Assembly: GCA_002104905.1 (NCBI GenBank)
Contig: MCFE01000156.1
Span: forward strand, 1 to 64,000
Reading direction: 5' to 3'
DNA from: Basidiobolus meristosporus CBS 931.73
Lineage: Eukaryota; Fungi; Basidiobolomycota
Length of the DNA stretch: 64,000 nt
The notes under the pieces are model-generated. The model ran no database searches, was not told the origin of the DNA, and was given only the letters and a program-made list of their open reading frames with translations. Below are positions 25,023 through 36,894 of this stretch, one piece after another. The position numbers were made by a program, and so were the translations under genes. How positions within the stretch are numbered: position 1 is the first letter of the stretch; each line of letters begins with the position of its first letter.

Positions 25023-26099
25023 ATGACGTGGAACGAAGGCGTAGTTATAGGCTATCTGAGTAACATAGCCAACGCCTTGTCGTTAGTTGGATGTACATTT
25101 GTCATTGCGAATTACCATCTTATATACCGCCGCTTTCTCATCAATGCCTCCGAGTCCATCAAGACTCACCACATCTCCCTACTGCTTCTGTCAATTAACA
25201 ATGTCTTTCTAAACGCCGGCGGACTGGTATACTCCCTGTTGAACTGGAGGGAGAAGAAATCAATCTGCCTTTTGCAAGGCCTGCATATCACTTACTTCAA
25301 TGTTTCGAGCTGGCTATGGGGGGTATGTATATGTTTTAATGTGTAAGTGGTTTGATTCGATCTCTGATAATCGGGAGGCGTCTAATCCATCGATCCGTAG
25401 TTATCTAATCCTACTTCCATCAAAGAAGTTACTGAGAATTCGCCACAACATAGCCTTCAAGTTCGCATGGTTCTCCTTTGGCATCCCAACCATATTACTG
25501 ATCACGCTGGTCGCTCAATTGGACTCCATTGGAAACGTTGGGCCATGGTAAGCAAGTCCAACCCCTTCCCCTTCTGCTCATTAGCACGAGGCTAACCAGT
25601 ACACAGGTGTTGGATTAGGCCTCAATTCATGGGACTGCGGATGGGTGCATTTTACGGCTGGCTGCTCTTCGCCTTTACCATGTGTCTGTTGTTGCTGAGC
25701 GTTATTGCGGTGCATCTCCTCAAGATAAGAAGCTCGGTTTCCTATTGTGACCGGGGGTTCCATCATCCCTATGAAAAAATGGTTGGCCGTTACGTACTGT
25801 ATGTGGGTACGTTCTTCATCTGCTGGGGCCCTGGGGTGGTGAACCGTATCCTGCAAATCTCTGATCCACCATTCTACAACTTCCCACTCATGGCCATCCA
25901 CACGTTTCTCAGTATCTCCGTGTCATTCTGGCTGAGCCTGGTGTGGGGGTTTACGACCAGTTTGCCCGAGGTCTATTGGATCATCTGGAAGTACGGCTGG
26001 AGCAACATACCCCCTGTCCAGCAGTTTGGCTCCTTTAGCTCGGCCTTCACCGGGTTGAAAAGGCTAGAAGTGCCTAGAGTACAGAACCAAGAAGGATGA
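25023..26099 (+). CDS. cAMP-receptor-like GPCR (CAR/Git3/GCR1-like 7TM); exons 25023-25342, 25401-25547, 25607-26099; 319 aa
   Basis: Introns GTAAGT..CTAAT..TAG and GTAAGC..GCTAAC..CAG; spliced CDS of 960 nt stays in frame; CLLQG....F..SSWLW, GNVGPWCWI and YV..FFICWGPG.VNR motifs; multiple hydrophobic helices. Confidence 0.88.
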
Positions 26100-26918
26100 T
26101 CCACCGATGTTCATGGTCACATGTCCGTTCGAAACTTCTTTTGGATCACAGCTAGGGTTTCGAGGATGCTGCTCTCCTCCGTCACTCTATCCACACAGCC
26201 CCGCATGGCATCAACCTGTGCTACACTGACCAAACCCAACCTTCTGCTCATGTTACAATAAAGCGCGCAACCCTGTATGATACACCACCCATTTTCTGCT
26301 TCATAGAACCCAGGAGTCTGTGCTAGCGGGGTGGTCGCAAGTGAGCAATCTGTGAGTGGACGCACGACAGGGCCTCAACATGGCGATCAAACCAATTCCC
26401 GCCCTCAGAATATTGTTCGCCCAGAGAAACATAAAAGTCTATTCGACTTTAGAGTTACGAAATCCAGCATCACCAGATGCCCTTGATGGCCGGCGGATGT
26501 CGTAGGTTACCAACCCCACTCCCCGTTCGGATGGATGATTCCTGCGATTCTGATCAGCTCCCTATTCGCTCGCCAGTCGCCAATCGCATCGAGTCTCCCG
26601 CTTTGGATTACGCCTGTTGGAACATCCTGTTCAACCAAACTACTGTATTCGCTTGCTTCCTCTCATTGACGGCTAGAGTGGATTGTTCATTGCGCTCTAT
26701 TAGCTGCCCAATGCAACCCCTAAGAAGGCTAGCGGATTCAGCGGCATTGGCGCATCTTGATGTAATGCTGAAGCCGATTCTCTAGAAAATGATATCATCG
26801 AGAATCCATGGGTCTGACAAAGAGGTCCCAGCATAGCCAATATTGTGGGATCCATGGCCGAACTCACATATAAATGATGGCAACATCTCAGTGAGCCTCC
26901 CTCATTCGATCCACGACC

Positions 26919-27095
26919 ATGCCCGAAATGATTCGCTCAAACCCTGCACAAACCACGATGAACTACGACACCAAGCCTACCCAGGCTCGACTAAGTAGCA
27001 GTAGTGTACTCAGGATGCGCTACCACCAAGCCCTTTCGGTTCGCTATCGATACATCCTGTTACAGTCGATGGTCGATCAACAACGTAGCAACTAA
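26919..27095 (+). CDS. Small protein 2 of the YHQ-RYRYI family (58 aa, ...YHQALSVRYRYILLQSMVDQQRSN); below the ORF-track cutoff
   Basis: ATG at 26919 (alternative 26928), TAA ends 27095; TATAAA at 26869-26874. Confidence 0.65.
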   Translation: MPEMIRSNPAQTTMNYDTKPTQARLSSSSVLRMRYHQALSVRYRYILLQSMVDQQRSN

Positions 27096-27771
27096 AGCTG
27101 ATCCTCTGGTATGGATCCAGACCAAACCATGTATTTGTATATGTATCTGTATCAACCTTCCGTGTAACCCAACAGATCTTCATGCTGGCGTTGATGCTTG
27201 GAAAGCGCTAGAAACCAGAATTCACAATCCATTGTAAATATCAATAAAACCCATGAAAATCCATCAATAGCTTGTTCCCGTTTGTCCATAAATGCTCAAG
27301 GGAAATCATCGCTGTTGCGCGTATGGTGGATGGCCCATCATAGGGTCAATGATTCCTCATGAATCCTGAGACACCCATGGAACAATGCTTCAACTCGCTG
27401 TGTGGCCAATGCAGTCTGCTCTAGCTCACTTACCATCAGCATCCCATGAGCGCCTAGATTAATTTAGATGGTTTTGTGGGATATGGGTTGGCCAATTCTC
27501 AAGATGCTAATGCCAAGTGTGACAAATCTCCAGATCTCGTTAGTATTGCTTCTAGATTAGGCTAGAGTGGACATTCAGGGCGATACATACGTCATGATGA
27601 GCTCGATGAAGTCAATTTATGTCATTTTACGGACCCAACGTGTAAAACGGTCTCGTCCAGTTTTGAGCATGCATGGGACAACCCGGCTTCAGTATAAATA
27701 CCAACGTCGCTCCTTACTTTCTCGCCACCGAAAATTCCTCCTCACGGCTACTACCACTCAAATCGCCACAT

Positions 27772-27960
27772 ATGTTTGAAGTCTCCAAACTTCCTCTGAT
27801 CACTTCGGTGAATCACCACGAAACTGCCGTTCCTTCTCCCTCGATGCCGATGTTGGACCATCAGAAGCAGGTGAACGCGAAGCGCCAATACCACCAAGCC
27901 ATGGTACTGAGATATCGTTACATTCTACTTCGCTTTATGCTTGAGCAGTGCTCCCAATGA
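27772..27960 (+). CDS. Small protein 3 of the YHQ-RYRYI family (62 aa, MFEVSKLP...YHQAMVLRYRYILLRFMLEQCSQ)
   Basis: Start chosen as the first ATG after TATAAATA (27693-27700); shared motif. Confidence 0.65.
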   Translation: MFEVSKLPLITSVNHHETAVPSPSMPMLDHQKQVNAKRQYHQAMVLRYRYILLRFMLEQCSQ

Positions 27961-28949
27961 AACCTTTCGAAATCCCGCTGGCCCGAAATGGATTGCTATG
28001 TAATTGTAGATTTGTTGTAAATAGCCAGTTGAACTGCCTGAGCCTGCACACCCACTTCAGAATGTAAATAAGTCGTAACAAAACAAAATCACTTCGAGGC
28101 GCGACCCTCGTTAATAAATCCCAAGTTTACCTACATTCGCTCGACCGGATCGGCACATTAGAAATCCAATCCCCACCGATCTGTTAGGACGCAACGGCCA
28201 AGATACACAGGTGTCTGAAGATCCAACCCGTCCGCCTCAATAGTTGCCTTACTTGACGTGTACTAGGCTGGATCTCGGATCCACCGATATGACTGGCTGT
28301 GAACCATCTAAAGTGGCTTACCCACTGCAACCAAATCGTGTCAGAATCCCCGGTGCTTATTCCACCATCATGAGACACAAGAGTGCCGGGAATGTGAATA
28401 TCACGGGCATCAAGATCGACGAATGAGCCCACTCTCTCTTGACTCATAGCCCACATACCCCATCGTTATGAGGATGACCTCACTACTGGGGGGTGTAACA
28501 GAAAGGATTGGATCTTGAGATGCTTGCCAATGGTCACGCCACTAAGGAATCGATGCTCCTCAGGTTACGTTACAATAAACCGCAATATCCTACTGTCCAG
28601 TCAGCTGACGTTACTCCACTGATTGTTCTGAAACCCGAAGTTTTTCTCGTTTAACCATTTAATATGATTGTCCAGAGATCGGTGACCTATCACCAACGGG
28701 TCCCTCCGCCAATCATCGCCTAACAGATAAACCTTAGGAAAATCATCAAGGGCTCACTGGACCAGCCCATAGAGGCCACCTATCTCCCCCATGGGGGCGG
28801 TGGATCTTCATCTTTGGGAATCGTCATTGTTAATTCAAATTTCCATATACTTCGCGAAGTTCTCGATTTCCAAGACACATGGTGGAAGGGGGGGGCAGCT
28901 GAATCTTCCTTTCCCTACCACCGTCCCGATCTACAGCCGATTCCCACAG

Positions 28950-30250
28950 GTACGTGGCCAGTTTGAAATTCATCTCATTCGTGTCTTGCTGTTCATGTGC
29001 TACCTACTCCAGCACGATGCTTCCAGAAAGAGTCGCTGCCCCCGGACCCTTGATACCAAATGGCTTGGTGACAATTGGGAAGTGCCACCCGTTCACCTTG
29101 ACTACCCAGCCCAAGGGGTCCCCCCCTTTCCCTTAAGGATCGATTTTCTACCCAATCGCCCCACTCCCCCATTTGGCCAAGCAAATGATCACACATAGAT
29201 AAGGTTAACATTGTGTAGCGGGGCTTGATTTGGCGAAGGGCGGGGGGTCTGAGTGATGAGGTATTCTTTAATCCTGGGCGGTTGGTGACTTGGCGGGTGA
29301 AACAAAGTCCCTGGTCACCACGTATGCGTATGTGGTGCAAAGCTGGGGGCATCGTGTAGGGTTGAAGGTCCGAGGCACCCCCCCCAGTGCAGGTATGTTT
29401 GCCTTCGCGGCAGCACGCTAGGCTCATCACGTTGCAGGAGCACTCGAACCAGCTTGCCAGTTGTTGCAAAGTCCGCTTTGACGCGGTGATTCGTTCCCAC
29501 CGCCCGCCCAGTTCCAATAGGAAGATGGTCGGGCCACCTGCTCAACCCAATGAGATGCTCACAATCGGTCACCATACACTTGCCTTCGCCATATAGCATC
29601 CGCTCAAGATGATTTGAAGAGCACCAGTTCCAAGCGCCAGATCCGGTGATTTCTCGTCCACGTTCATCGGTTGTCACATGGACCTAGCTGTCCTCGAGCC
29701 TCCTGTGCAATCCCCCGGGAACTTCCATCATCTTAGCTCATCATTGGCTCGGAAAGAGTGACCCATTCCCATTCCCATTCCCATTCGTACCCCCTGCCGT
29801 ATGGGATCCCGCTGTCGAAGGTTGAAGTTTTTTACATTTCCTGGATGGGGACTAAATCCGATTCTCTCGCAAGCCCATCGAGCCGTGCCCAGTCCCAAGA
29901 TTCTTCCCCCACCGGATATGATAGTGTGCCTGGAAGACTTGGCATATCAAGGGGACCATCGAATAGATCCTCTCGGCGACCTTCACGATGGAACTGTGGC
30001 TAGGAGGGTATCCACATCAGTACCCGTTAGTACCATCAGTCGCTTCGTCTCTCAATGACAGATTTGAAACTCTACTCGGCCGAACCAAATAGTGGTGCTC
30101 GCCATAGATTCCAAGGAGACCTTGGCCATGAAATCGGCCATGCGGTGTAACGTAGTGCGTTTCTGGTGAGTGGAAATTGGGAATTGGTTGATGGGTGATG
30201 GCCATGGGGTGTAACAACCGCTACGTGGCTGTTTCCATCGGTACACGGGA
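28950..30250 (-). pseudogene. Old Ty3/Gypsy pol fossil (RT-RNase H-integrase)
   Basis: Remnants in Gypsy order: VTPHGRF, DVDTLL, RILG, GFSPHPGNV, LYGEGKCMVTDCEHL, SRWPDHL..N..KAD, LHDAP; many stops and frameshifts. Confidence 0.5.
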
Positions 30251-32191
30251 ATCACCAGCTGGTCCCCGTGAATGTGTCGGTCTCACCAATCACCACAGGC
30301 CATCCCCAATATCTTGATCTCCAAATCTGTGTGGCATGGTGGCAGTTGCTTTCATGGGAGATAGGTAGATCATCCGATCGTAGCTTCACCGTCAGCATCA
30401 AGAGGATCTCCAAAGTCGTCCTAAACACTCCACTCGAACCCTGCTCACCCCACCCCACCCTACCAGAACCATGAACCTTTCAAGCCCACAGCTGGACCAC
30501 CTCTAGGTGACTTCGGAATATGCTGTGTCACCGCTGAGTTTCCGGCCACCAGTTACCCATACATACTCGCCTGGAAGAAAGGAAGCACAGTTTCCCTGAG
30601 AAGCCCACATCTCATTCTATCGAAGAAACCGGGCCACGAGCCAGGTCATCAACCAGTGACATTGTTGCGGTGAAGGAATCCCGGACAACATCCATCACAC
30701 CTCAGGAGGACGTAGTTGACGGGGAGTTTCCAATGATGCACCCTAACTGTCCTCGACATTTCGCAGTGTAGTCGGGTGGGTTGCGCAGAGGGAGTCTGGG
30801 AGGTCTTTGGTGACCACTCTTCCCACCTTACCTCATACTTCCAAGAGACTAATGCCGAAGCTTACTGTGTCTCCCGCCTACTGAGGTAAAGGGGCTACCG
30901 AAAACCCGAAAATTCTTGGGGAATGGCCATCTGAAAGATCGAACGACCCGGAATTGTCCCTCGCCTAAGGGTGGAGGCGTGGATGGATGGCGTGACAGTG
31001 TAGCAAAGGCGGCCCCAAAAACAAGACCCAGAAGTGGTCGGCAATCATTCGTGACCCAGGAAATCGTCCTGGCTTGTTAGACCTAGTGGTAGGCGATGGA
31101 ACTCACACCCACCCTACCCTTCATCTCCGAGGCCTATTGGAAACTCCACACCCAGCCAAAAATCCCTGGCGATAACCTCCATTTCTTTGTTACCGCCTAG
31201 TGGTTCGTTTTGCTTTTGTCTTGGTGTACATACCTCATCTACGCTCCATTCTCAACCGTCAGGGATCACCATCTGCTCCTTACTTCTTGGTGGACCTATC
31301 AAGTCCCCGGATTCCCGTTGCACCCATGGCATCAACAGAGATATCCCCACGAAGGCCACTGCCCGATAAACTCGAGCGCCTTGGGCGTAATACGGAAGCA
31401 CGAAGAGCCCGGAAAGAACGACCGTGGAGTGCTAAATGTTTCTACATACTTGGGAACATGTGGGCCCCAGGAGTCGACGACCTTTCAAGCCAGAGGCACC
31501 TACGGATCATTTTTCCCGGGGCAACCAAGGCGACTCTATCAAACACCATGACAAGAACCGGCTCGGAGTCCGAACTTTCTCCTCGCTTTAGGCAGTTTCC
31601 TCTTTCGCCAAGGCTACGCGAGGGTGTCTGCCGTCATAGCCTCGGCTGGGCAATGAAGTGGAGCCGTGTGGCTTGGCTCCCATGCTCCTACCGAAAATGG
31701 ATGCCCACCATTTACGCCCCTACTGCTGCTGGCCATCATTGGTGGGATTCCATGATGATTCCCAATGGTTGTGATGAGTTGGCCTAGGCATCTAAATCAC
31801 TCCACGGTTGTGATTAGAACAGCAAAGGTCACCCTTTGGTGGGAAGATTGCACAGGTGGGGATTTAAAGTTCGTTTCCATGGTCCTAAGAAGTTATGGAT
31901 CTCACGATAGCAGCATGCCAATGCAAACCTGCTTCAACATCGCCGCAAACAAGGTGAATGAATGACCCGGAAAGTCCGGTGGCTACGAGATGGTGGGATA
32001 TTTCAATACCACCGGTGTAGCTATGGGAGATGTGAGAAAAGACAGAGGACAAACCGAAAGCAACTTGGGCTTCACTAAGGTGGGAGATTGTGGTCCTGTT
32101 TTTTGAGAATTCCCGTGTCAATTATTTTCCAATAGCACTTGGAAAGTGGCCTAGCAGCATCAGCGCCACTTATTCTCAGGGTCCCAGTATT

Positions 32192-33690
32192 TGTAGTAAG
32201 AGTTTCGGAGATGTTGGAAGTGATGTGGGGGAGCAAGTAGATTATGTGGTTTTCGCTTGATGATTTATTCAATGTGAAAGTAGTGTCTACACTCTCGCGT
32301 GTTATCGAAAAACGAACACGTTGAATACGTTTGGGAAGATCCCAAGAGCATGGGTGCAAAGTCTGGGGCTGCTTGGACGGCTTTGAGAAATTTCATGATC
32401 TAGATGCTTGATCCTTTGGTGAAAAGACTCTGAGTAGACCCCAACAAGGAATCTGGTCAGAATTCTCTAAGACTCAAAGACTATGATCCAAGTGGCTAAG
32501 CTAGGTGGATATTTGGGTGTAATGAAAAAGTTTACAACACTCTCACTGAGCTAAATTCTTATATCAACAATTCTTGACATCATCTAAGATAGTCATATTT
32601 GTCTCTAGCCAATGGCTTGGTCCATATATCTGCATTCATTTCATCTGCGGGACAGCAAACTAGGTTAACTAAGCTACTCTCTGTAGCTTCCTCTATTAAA
32701 TCATGTGTAACATATATGTGCTTGGTTCTAGCTTGAAAAGTTGGATTTCTATCTAATTGCATACATCCTTGAAATAATGTAGTATGGGGTTTTTGACATT
32801 AGATCAAGTCTCCAAAGAACTCTCTCAGCCACATTGACTCTTTTGTAGCCTTGCAGGTTGCCAGATACTCTGCCTCTATGGTGGAAAGTACATTGGTTGA
32901 TGCTCTCTGGAGTTCCATGATATTGCTCCTTCATATGATAGAAAGGTGTATCCTGCGGTAGATCTTCTGTCTTCTAAATTTTATACCCAAGCAGTATCAG
33001 AATATCTGACTGGATCCAGTTTTGAATCTGTATAGGTGTACCTTAAGCAGATAACAGCAGTTCCATCTAAGTACTCAAAAATATGCTAAACTGCTGGTAT
33101 TTGATCAATTCCATGGTTCTGATTATGCCAGCTAACCACTCTTCCTGAATATAAGATATCTGATTATATTTTAGGAATGCTATTCAGGAAACTGCTGATC
33201 ATAGATTGGCAAAGAGAGTCTGGGCATTCAGATGGCTCCAAGCTTGCTTGATTTGGTTGAGTTTAACAAAGTTAAGGTTAGTCTCCATCAGGGTAGCTGC
33301 CAGTTAACAGTACACCCTTTGTCACTATTTACTTATATCATGAATACTCATGGACTAGCTTGAGGTGATAGTCTGTGTATTTCAATGTTTGGGGAATTGT
33401 ATCCCCAAGTTGTAACTGAAAATGTCCTAGATTGGATAGCTTGCACTCCTTCTATAGGCTGAATTTATTCTCTTCCAATGTTGTTTGGTTACTGGTGGCT
33501 ACAGTAAGATCATCCAAATATTTAGCTGACAAAACTAAGCTTGCTATATCTGGTGTATAGTAGATACTTTACTCAGAAGTACTTCTTTGGGAACTTGGGA
33601 TCCCAAGTAAATATCCATGTTGCTATTCCTGGCTCTGTGTGATTGTTTGAGACCACTTGGAGATTCTTTAAGCATTCAAACCAGATGGGG
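32192..33690 (-). mobile_element. Degraded Copia 3' portion (3' LTR 32192-32539, PPT, RNase H/RT remnants)
   Basis: ARTKHIY..HDLIEEA..ADIWTKPLARDK; LTR and PPT similarity. Confidence 0.85.
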
Positions 33691-33695
33691 GCTAT

Positions 33696-36600
33696 TATTG
33701 TAGAATTTGTAATTCCACCAAAATATTCACCAAACTTAGACACTTAGAGCATTACTTACAAATCTCAGAGAATACTGACCAAATTCCTTGCCAGGATTTA
33801 CTTCAATGATTATCACCAAGATATCAGGTACCCTCAACATGAAAATTCTCAAGGTTGTCCAAACAGCCCAGAACCTGGCACACATGGTCTTGAGATGTTC
33901 CTGAATGTATACTATTTGTTTTTTATGCCAAGACCATGTAAAAGTATAAATACTGATGAGATGGAATCTGTGGGCATACCAACTACTGATGAGGATATCA
34001 TAGTTACCATCCTGAATAGCCTGACAGACAGGTTGCAGGGCCTTGTATCAGTCTTAGAGTCCAGATTTGAAGTTTTGACCTTAAATTAAGAATATGGAAG
34101 GCTTCTGGATGAAGAATTAAGAAAATCAAGTGCCAACAAGATGGAAAGAGAAAATGATTTAATAAGCAAAAATAGCCAGCAAAGGAGGTACCCAAGACCA
34201 TTCAAAGGCAATAGCAACCAGTTTTGCAACTACTGCAAAGGAAAGGACCAACATCAGACTGGTGCCTCAAAAAGAGAGATAGTCAGCAGAAAAAGCCTGA
34301 ATATGGAAATGCTGCAACAACTGAAGATAAACTATTCATATCTGCACTGAAAATACCACAAGCAAGGATTCTCAGATGTGGTATATTGACACTGGGGCAT
34401 CTCATCATGTTACACACCAAATAGAACTTTTTACCTAATATCAAGATATTACCACTAAGAAGGTTTTTATGGGTGACAATGAAATACTTGATGCAGTGGG
34501 AGTAGGAACTATCCAAGTAAGCCTCAGAGGCAGTAAAGGAAGCCACACACTTGCCTTCAAAGATGTACTCTATGCAGCAGAAATAGCCAAGAACCTACTA
34601 TCTGTACACAAGGCCAAAGCAGTAGGACTCAGTTTAAGCTTTGATGAATCTGGATGCAGGATTATTGATCAAAATGGTGCCCATATCACTTTGGTTATTG
34701 GGACCAGAATCTATGTAAGCCGACTAATATTCCATCATATATTGAAGCCAACAGAGGTGAATTAAATGAAGACACCAATGCTATGGCACAGGAGATTTGG
34801 ACACATCAATTATGATTATTTGCACAAAATGATCAAAGATCAGCTAATTTGTGGAGTAAAAGTTGCTCCTTCAGCTAATTTGGAGCACTGAAAAGCCTGC
34901 AAATATGGGAAACAAGCCAGACAACTGTTGAAGAGCTCTGGGTGAATCAAAACTATGAAGAAACTTGATCTAATGCACTCAAATCTGTATTAACCTGTGC
35001 AAAATTTATCCTGAGGTGGAATGAAGTATTTATTCACTTTTTTTGATGATTGTGAAAGATACATGTGGGTTTACTTAATGGAAACTAAGAAAGAAGCTGT
35101 GTCTAAGCTCAGATAGTGTAAAGCCATGCTCAAGAGAGAAACAAGTGAGAAAATTAAGAAACTATGCTCTGCCAATGATGAAAAGTATTCCTCAAACTCT
35201 TCATCCACTTCTGCACAATTCTTGGGATAAAGCAAGAGACTACTGTACCTTACTCCCCACAAAAAAAGTGAGTGGAGAATCTGCAAACATATCAATAATT
35301 GATATGGCAAAATCTATGATCCATGATGAAAAATTATCTTATGATTTTGGGTGAAATCAGTTGCCACAGATGTGCATCTTAGAATAAGTGTTATATCAGA
35401 ATACTTTGTGATTCTACTCCATTTGAAGCATGGTATGGATTCACACAAAGCTCATAACATCTAAGAATATACAACTATTTTGCAAAAATTGACATCAGAT
35501 GATGTTAAAATTTGTACTCAAGTCCACCAACAGTCAGGATTGAGTCAGAACAATACAACAACAGTTTTTCCACTCCAGAAGACTCTACAACCATGGCTCA
35601 GACTGAATCAGTGCATAGAAGTATCCCAGAAGTGTTCATTCCAGTCTCACAAACCAGGAGATCCAACTGGCCCAGAAATAGCCCAAATTACTATATCAAT
35701 GAGGGAACAATCCTAGCCTGTGCCTATTCAGTCCATATTGATAAGCCACAGATTGTAAAAGAGGCCCTAAATAGCCCTCAGACAAAGTTTGGAGATCTGC
35801 AATGACTAAGGAGTATCAAGCCCTAATGGAAACACAAACTTGGGACTTGGTCAGATTACCAACCAACCAAAAATCAATTGGATGCATATGGGTCTTCAAT
35901 ACAAAATACAAGGCTGATGGTACAATTGAAAGATACAAAACAAGACTTGTAGCCAAAGGATACTCTCAAACAAAAGGACTTGACTATACTGAGACCTTTG
36001 CACTGGTAGCCAAGTTTAATTCCATCAGATTATTATTGGTTATTGCAGCCAAATATAAGTTTTTTATTCATCAAATGGATGTAAGAACTGCATTTTTGAA
36101 TGGAGAACTTGATGAGGACATGTATTTGGACCAGCCTGATGGGTTTGTTGACCAAAATAAACCCCATTTGGTCTGCAAGCTTAAAAAGTCACTATATGGT
36201 CTCAAACAATCACTGAGATCCTGGAATTGCAAGTTATATTCTTATTTGGAATCTTTGAGTTTCAAAAGGAGTAATGCTGACTATAGTATATACTATAAGC
36301 CAGATGGAGCAAATCCAGTACTTAGTCAAAGTACTAGTCAACTAAAAGTTAATTGAATGTAGATGGGTCTTTGGGATATAGTACTAGGCCAATGGTACAA
36401 CTGAGAGATACAAATGAAGAATTGTGGCCAAAGGATACTCTCAAACAAAAATATGGACTCAAATAATCTTCAAGTGCCTGAAATTGTAACATATATTCTT
36501 ATTTGGAATCATTGAGTTATTGGTGGAGTATTGCTGACTATATTATATACATTAAGCCAGATAGAGCAAATCCAGCTCTACTAGCTCCATATGTGGATGA

Positions 36601-36890
36601 GCTTATTGTAGCTGCCAATAACCTTGAAACATTGGAGCAGACTAAATCTAGCCTATCTAAGGAGTTTAAGATGTCTCATCTAGGAGAACTCAGTTACTAC
36701 TTTGGGATAAGTATCTGCATAGACAGAAGTAGGCTATCACCCTAAGCCAATCCAAGTATATTTAAGATATACTAAGGAAGTACCAAATGGAAAACTGTAA
36801 AGCAGGAGAAAAGCCTTAACTTTGTCAAAATTCAACCAAGTTAAGAGAGTTTGACGCCATCTGAAAGCCCTGACTTTGCTTATCAGTTGA
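33696..36890 (+). mobile_element. Internally deleted, degraded Copia (partial 5' LTR joined to mid-gag; PR, IN and RT remnants)
   Basis: Similarity to copy 1, with deletions near 33953 and 35415-35480. Confidence 0.85.
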
Positions 36891-36894
36891 TTGT

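Noticed and set aside
27015-27080. Microprotein motif as an eIF4E-binding YxxxxL-phi motif or a CaaX pheromone
   Set aside because: The phi position is Q, R or H rather than hydrophobic; no C-terminal CaaX in any copy
29160-29260. RQIKPRYTMLTLSMCDH resembling the microprotein motif
   Set aside because: Better explained as part of the Gypsy integrase fossil; no YHQ or RYRY
31200-31787. 195-aa plus-strand ORF
   Set aside because: No recognisable domain; nearby frames show faint integrase-like strings, so more likely a TE fossil or noise
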